From IMG/VR virus record IMGVR_UViG_3300013022_000002, positions 1-43,474 of that record: a stretch of DNA of 43,474 bases; one strand, given 5' to 3'. How positions within the stretch are numbered: position 1 is the first letter of the stretch; each line of letters starts with the position of its first letter. Shown one piece after another: positions 40,506 through 43,474 of this stretch. Source of the stretch: a virus. A model generated the notes under the pieces. It did not search any database and had not been told where the DNA came from. It was given only the letters and a program-made list of their open reading frames with translations. A program made the position numbers and the translations under genes.

Positions 40506-41027
40506 ATGTTATCGAATAAATCAAACAAAGAACTTGTTGAGGCTGGTCATCAGTTCGCTAAAGCGCTTGATGCTGATATGCCACTTACTGAAATCGCAAA
40601 GCTTGTCTCTGCCCTTTCTACTCGCCTGGATTGCGCTATCGTCCGTGGTGATGAGTTGCAGCAGAAGCTGGATACGATGGCGGCTGAGAAAGCGGCGCTG
40701 AAAGATCGCCCGCATGGTTTCTTTGCATATGACAGCGGTTGCGGCTACGAAGAGTTTCAGACCGCCAAGGAAGCACAGGATTTCGCTGAAACATCGATTT
40801 CAGAGTATCGCGGTGAAGCTTGTGATGGATGGTCTGATGAAGTTGGCAGCGTTGTCTGGGGTGTCATCATGCAACGCGCAACTATGACCGGATTGCGGCC
40901 TGTTGAAGAAGGTGACAATTGCGCGGAAGGTATTTCTGAATGGTGCGATTACACGCTGCTGCCGAAGTATGAAGTCGGAACTACTTTGACCGCTTTACCA
41001 GTAGAGCGCGATCAATACGGCTACTGA
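40506..41027 (+). CDS. Hypothetical early-left protein, 173 aa (coiled N-terminus; possibly Ea22-like)
   Basis: Coiled segment ELQQKLDTMAAEKAALKD and an acidic Cys/Trp-containing C-terminal half. Ends at a TGA that is in frame with the next ORF. Confidence 0.55.
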   Translation: MLSNKSNKELVEAGHQFAKALDADMPLTEIAKLVSALSTRLDCAIVRGDELQQKLDTMAAEKAALKDRPHGFFAYDSGCGYEEFQTAKEAQDFAETSISEYRGEACDGWSDEVGSVVWGVIMQRATMTGLRPVEEGDNCAEGISEWCDYTLLPKYEVGTTLTALPVERDQYGY

Positions 41028-41096
41028 TCACATCCTGCCTATCTGGCCTTTTGTGATGGCCGTGAATCTATACCTTATTCTGAGTTTGAAGAGTGG

Positions 41097-41288
41097 ATGG
41101 AATCGAAAGGCCTAGAGTGGAGGGTTGATTATCGCGATGAAGAAGAAATTGACCCTGACGTTGATGGTTATGACCTCTCCACATGGAATCCTGAAGCACC
41201 TGCGGGTGATGGCTGGTTCGTTGGCTCTATCCATGACACTGATAGTGGCGCGGTCTGTATCTGGCTTCGTGCTAAGGCGAGTGTGTGA
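41097..41288 (+). CDS. Hypothetical acidic 63-aa protein (same frame as the preceding ORF)
   Basis: Open from 41028. The first ATG is at 41097 and no obvious SD was seen. Confidence 0.4.
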   Translation: MESKGLEWRVDYRDEEEIDPDVDGYDLSTWNPEAPAGDGWFVGSIHDTDSGAVCIWLRAKASV

Positions 41289-41378
41289 TGGCTGAGAATA
41301 TTAAGTATCTATTTACAGAAAAGAGCCCGTATTACCAGGCTCTATTGGAGAATTGTAACTTAACCGCTCTTACGCTTT

Positions 41379-41549
41379 TTACTGGATGGTAACTTTTAAA
41401 ACGAATGTTGACTGTAGTAGCGCACCCAAGAGCAGGTAAAGCTCAGTGACTTCTTCTATTTGCTCGGCACTAATAGTTTGTTTATCAGTATGAGTGAGCA
41501 GGCCAAGAAGATCGAACAGACGAGTTGATACTGCGTTGTGTGTGTCCAC
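41379..41549 (-). CDS. Possible 56-aa ORF (GTG start), divergent from the 114-aa gene
   Basis: Hand translation: VDTHNAVSTRLFDLLGLLTHTDKQTISAEQIEEVTELYLLLGALLQSTFVLKVTIQ*. AGGAA 5 nt upstream. Below the track size cutoff. Confidence 0.3.
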   Translation of the reverse strand: MDTHNAVSTRLFDLLGLLTHTDKQTISAEQIEEVTELYLLLGALLQSTFVLKVTIQ

Positions 41550-41682
41550 GGTGTTCCTAAAATTTTCAATTCACTCTATAGATTTATAGAGTGCTAGGTA
41601 AGACCGGTTAAATGTAGTCAATTTTTGTACAAAAGCAATTAAGTTGCATTAGAAACGCATCTTAAGTGTACGTGAGGTATGC

Positions 41683-42027
41683 ATGCCCAAATCACCTGCT
41701 GAACGCAAAGCAGAGCAGCGAGCCAGACAGGCCGCTGCAGGGGTCAGAAAGCTTGAGATTGTTCTCGATGAGCAGGAACTGGCGATGCTGGAGCAAAACT
41801 GTACCGTTCGCCGTCCAGGGCGTGAGCCCTACGAAATGGCAGAGTATATCGCTCTACTTATTCGCCAGGACGATGCGCGGGTACGTAGCAGGATCAAATC
41901 GATGAGTAAGCGCCAGTGCGGTAAGTGTGGTGATTGCCTGCCTGTGCAGGATTGCCCGCTGAAAGAAGAGTCAGCCTGTTGGGTTCGCCTAGGCTGGCAT
42001 GAAACTAAATTGGTTATAGCGCCGTGA
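41683..42027 (+). CDS. Hypothetical 114-aa protein (basic N-terminus, Cys-rich C-terminus)
   Basis: PKSPAERKAEQRARQAAAGVRKLEIVLDEQELAMLEQ suggests a DNA-binding arm. CGKCGDC...C cluster. GAGG SD. Confidence 0.55.
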   Translation: MPKSPAERKAEQRARQAAAGVRKLEIVLDEQELAMLEQNCTVRRPGREPYEMAEYIALLIRQDDARVRSRIKSMSKRQCGKCGDCLPVQDCPLKEESACWVRLGWHETKLVIAP

Positions 42028-42072
42028 CCTGTCACGGCTTTTCAAACCTGTTGCAGCGGGAGTGTGTGGGGT

Positions 42073-42300
42073 ATGAATCAGAGCAATAACGAAATTATTT
42101 CTGACGCCGACATTGAACAACTTACAGGCTATAAAACGCCTTCAAAGCAATGCCAGTGTCTTAAAAATGCAGGAATATTTTTTATGGTGCGAAGGGATGG
42201 CAGACCGCGAACCACGTGGCAGCATTTCAATGATCCACTGGCATCGCGTAAGCAGACCACCAATGATATGAATGAGCCAGATTTTGGAGCGTTAGACTGA
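42073..42300 (+). CDS. DUF4224-type small protein upstream of int (putative excisionase/directionality factor)
   Basis: IEQLTGYKTPSKQCQCLKNAGIFFMVRRDGRPRTTW is the DUF4224 pattern. Its stop overlaps the int ATG (TGATG). Confidence 0.6.
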   Translation: MNQSNNEIISDADIEQLTGYKTPSKQCQCLKNAGIFFMVRRDGRPRTTWQHFNDPLASRKQTTNDMNEPDFGALD

Positions 42301-43355
42301 TGGCAAGAGTCAGACAGAACAAGGAAGATAACTGGTTACCGCCCCGCGTTTATCGGGGCCGTTCTGCTTACGAATTTAAGCCTAAAAACGGCGGCACAGT
42401 CCGGCTTTGCGACATAGACAGTACGAAGGCTCAGGTCTGGATAGCATACGAAGCACTTATTAACGAACGTAAGCGTGAAGATGCATTCGAAGGCCTGGCG
42501 GAATCCTTTTTTAATTCCCCAGACTTTTTCGAATTAGCCAAAGAAACCCAAAAAGACTACCGAAAATACTCGGTTAAAGTTTTGGCCGTCTTTGGGAATA
42601 TGCCCCCTGATTCCATTAAACCGGAACACATCCGAAAATATATGGACAAGCGCGGCTTGAAAAGTCGTGTTCAGGCTAACCGGGAGAAGGCGTTTATTTC
42701 ACGTGTTTATCGTTGGGGATATGAGCGTGGATTGGTGAAGGGAAATCCTACGAAAGGGGTCAAACAGTACAAAGAGAAGTCACGTGACCGTTATGTAACA
42801 CATGAAGAATATGCAGCCTTGTATAGCCTTGCTTCGCCTGTTGAGAAGATAGCCATGGAGCTAGCCTATTTATGTCTGGCGCGGCAGGCTGACGTTCTTT
42901 CAATGAAGAAAACCCAGCTTGTTGAGCAAGGGATATTGATCAAGCAAAGCAAAACTTCAGTTGCTCAGATAAAGGGCTGGAGTGAAAGGCTCCGTTCTGT
43001 CATCGCCCTGGCAGAGTCATTACCCCTTAATAAAGGAATGAGCAGTATTTTTATCATCCACCAGCCTTCCGGTGCCGGTTATACAAGAGATGGTTTCAAT
43101 GCTAGATGGAGGAAACTTAAGCAGGAAGCAAAGGAGAAATTCCCTGACATCGATTTCAATTTTACGTTTCATGATCTGAAGGCAAAAGGAGTTTCAGATT
43201 TGAACGTTGATATTTACGAGAAGCGGGCGATTTCGGGTCACAAGAATGTCGAACAGACGGCACGATATGACAGGAAAATCGCTGTGGTTCCGGTAGTTGG
43301 GGCTGAGCTGGAAGCACTTCATATTCTGAAGCCATATTCTGAAAAGCAGAAATAA
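42300..43355 (+). CDS. int: Tyrosine integrase
   Basis: C-terminal catalytic region: ELAYLCLARQADV (Arg), FHDLKAKG, SGHKNVEQTARYDR (His-x-x-Arg ... Tyr). Adjacent to the att core. Confidence 0.92.
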   Translation: MARVRQNKEDNWLPPRVYRGRSAYEFKPKNGGTVRLCDIDSTKAQVWIAYEALINERKREDAFEGLAESFFNSPDFFELAKETQKDYRKYSVKVLAVFGNMPPDSIKPEHIRKYMDKRGLKSRVQANREKAFISRVYRWGYERGLVKGNPTKGVKQYKEKSRDRYVTHEEYAALYSLASPVEKIAMELAYLCLARQADVLSMKKTQLVEQGILIKQSKTSVAQIKGWSERLRSVIALAESLPLNKGMSSIFIIHQPSGAGYTRDGFNARWRKLKQEAKEKFPDIDFNFTFHDLKAKGVSDLNVDIYEKRAISGHKNVEQTARYDRKIAVVPVVGAELEALHILKPYSEKQK

Positions 43356-43359
43356 AAAC

Positions 43360-43382
43360 AAAAAACCGCCCAAAGAGGCGGC
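43360..43382 (-). terminator. Intrinsic terminator of the tRNA-Leu gene (right copy)
   Basis: Identical to 1-23. It lies about 45 nt downstream of the tRNA CCA end on the minus strand. Confidence 0.7.
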
Positions 43383-43425
43383 TTAAACGACATTGCTACT
43401 GCTTGATTTTATTGGTGTTTCAATA

Positions 43426-43474
43426 TGGTGCCCGGGGCGGGACTTGAACCCGCACGACCTTACGATCGAGGGAT
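43426..43474 (-). tRNA. tRNA-Leu(UAA), 3' portion; the gene continues beyond the right window edge
   Basis: Same sequence as 67-115 (acceptor/CCA end, T-arm GGTTCAAGTCC, variable arm). It sits next to int, as expected for the reconstituted tRNA at an att junction. The 5' half is not visible. Confidence 0.7.

Larger units (their letters stand above)
124..43359. mobile_element. Integrated lambdoid prophage (HK97-like head and packaging, lambda-like tail), apparently complete
   Basis: Flanked by direct repeats in a tRNA gene. Carries int, an xis-like gene, cI/cro, replication, Q, lysis, terminase, portal, capsid and tail modules in canonical order. No obviously disrupted essential genes. Confidence 0.9.
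43360..43474. repeat. Right copy of the 115-bp direct repeat (att core next to the integrase gene)
   Basis: Identical to 1-115. It starts 4 nt after the int stop codon (43353-43355). Confidence 0.9.

Noticed and set aside
1-43474. The 115-bp terminal repeats as IS or transposon ends or LTRs, and any CRISPR array in the window
   Set aside because: The repeats are direct, not inverted. They consist of tRNA plus terminator sequence and flank an integrase-bearing prophage. No transposase gene and no regularly spaced short repeat array were seen anywhere in the window.

Overview
The window is one complete, apparently intact lambdoid prophage. It is integrated into the 3' part of a tRNA-Leu(UAA) gene and bounded by a perfect 115-bp direct repeat (1-115 = 43360-43474). 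Most genes are on the minus strand. Reading right to left the order is: (1) integrase, DUF4224 xis-like gene and early-left genes. (2) An immunity switch (cI, then cro and a CP76-type CII) with CTAAG-N4-CTTAG operators at both pR and pL. (3) A replication initiator carrying a 5 x 23-bp iteron origin inside its own gene. (4) A ParB-like gene, a Rha/KilAC antirepressor, DUF968 and Q. (5) A lysis cassette: lambda-S-like holin, GH24 endolysin and overlapped Rz/Rz1. (6) HNH, putative cos, TerS, TerL, portal, ClpP-type protease and HK97-type capsid. (7) Connector proteins, tail tube, G and G-T chaperones (the -1 frameshift was verified by hand), tape measure, M-L-K-I-J and a tail fibre with an S74 chaperone domain. 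Several self-contained accessory cassettes are interspersed, most of them visibly AT-rich. The best candidates for uncharacterised biology are: (a) a translationally coupled HTH-ImmA/IrrE metallopeptidase + DUF4411 PIN-like pair with its own promoter and terminator (26403-28165); (b) a DUF2971 protein plus a 4-TM protein next to the att site (255-2059); (c) a LexA-box-controlled umuC operon in which umuD is replaced by an unrelated 79-aa ORF (2146-3685); (d) a cytoplasmic pair carrying three putative glycosyltransferase domains (24202-26285); (e) a transglutaminase-fold cysteine peptidase-like gene with a divergent small partner (33746-34937); (f) a roughly 1.3-kb ORF-poor, hairpin-rich stretch between Q and the holin with terminators on both strands. 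All functional calls come from motif recognition by eye; no database search was possible.
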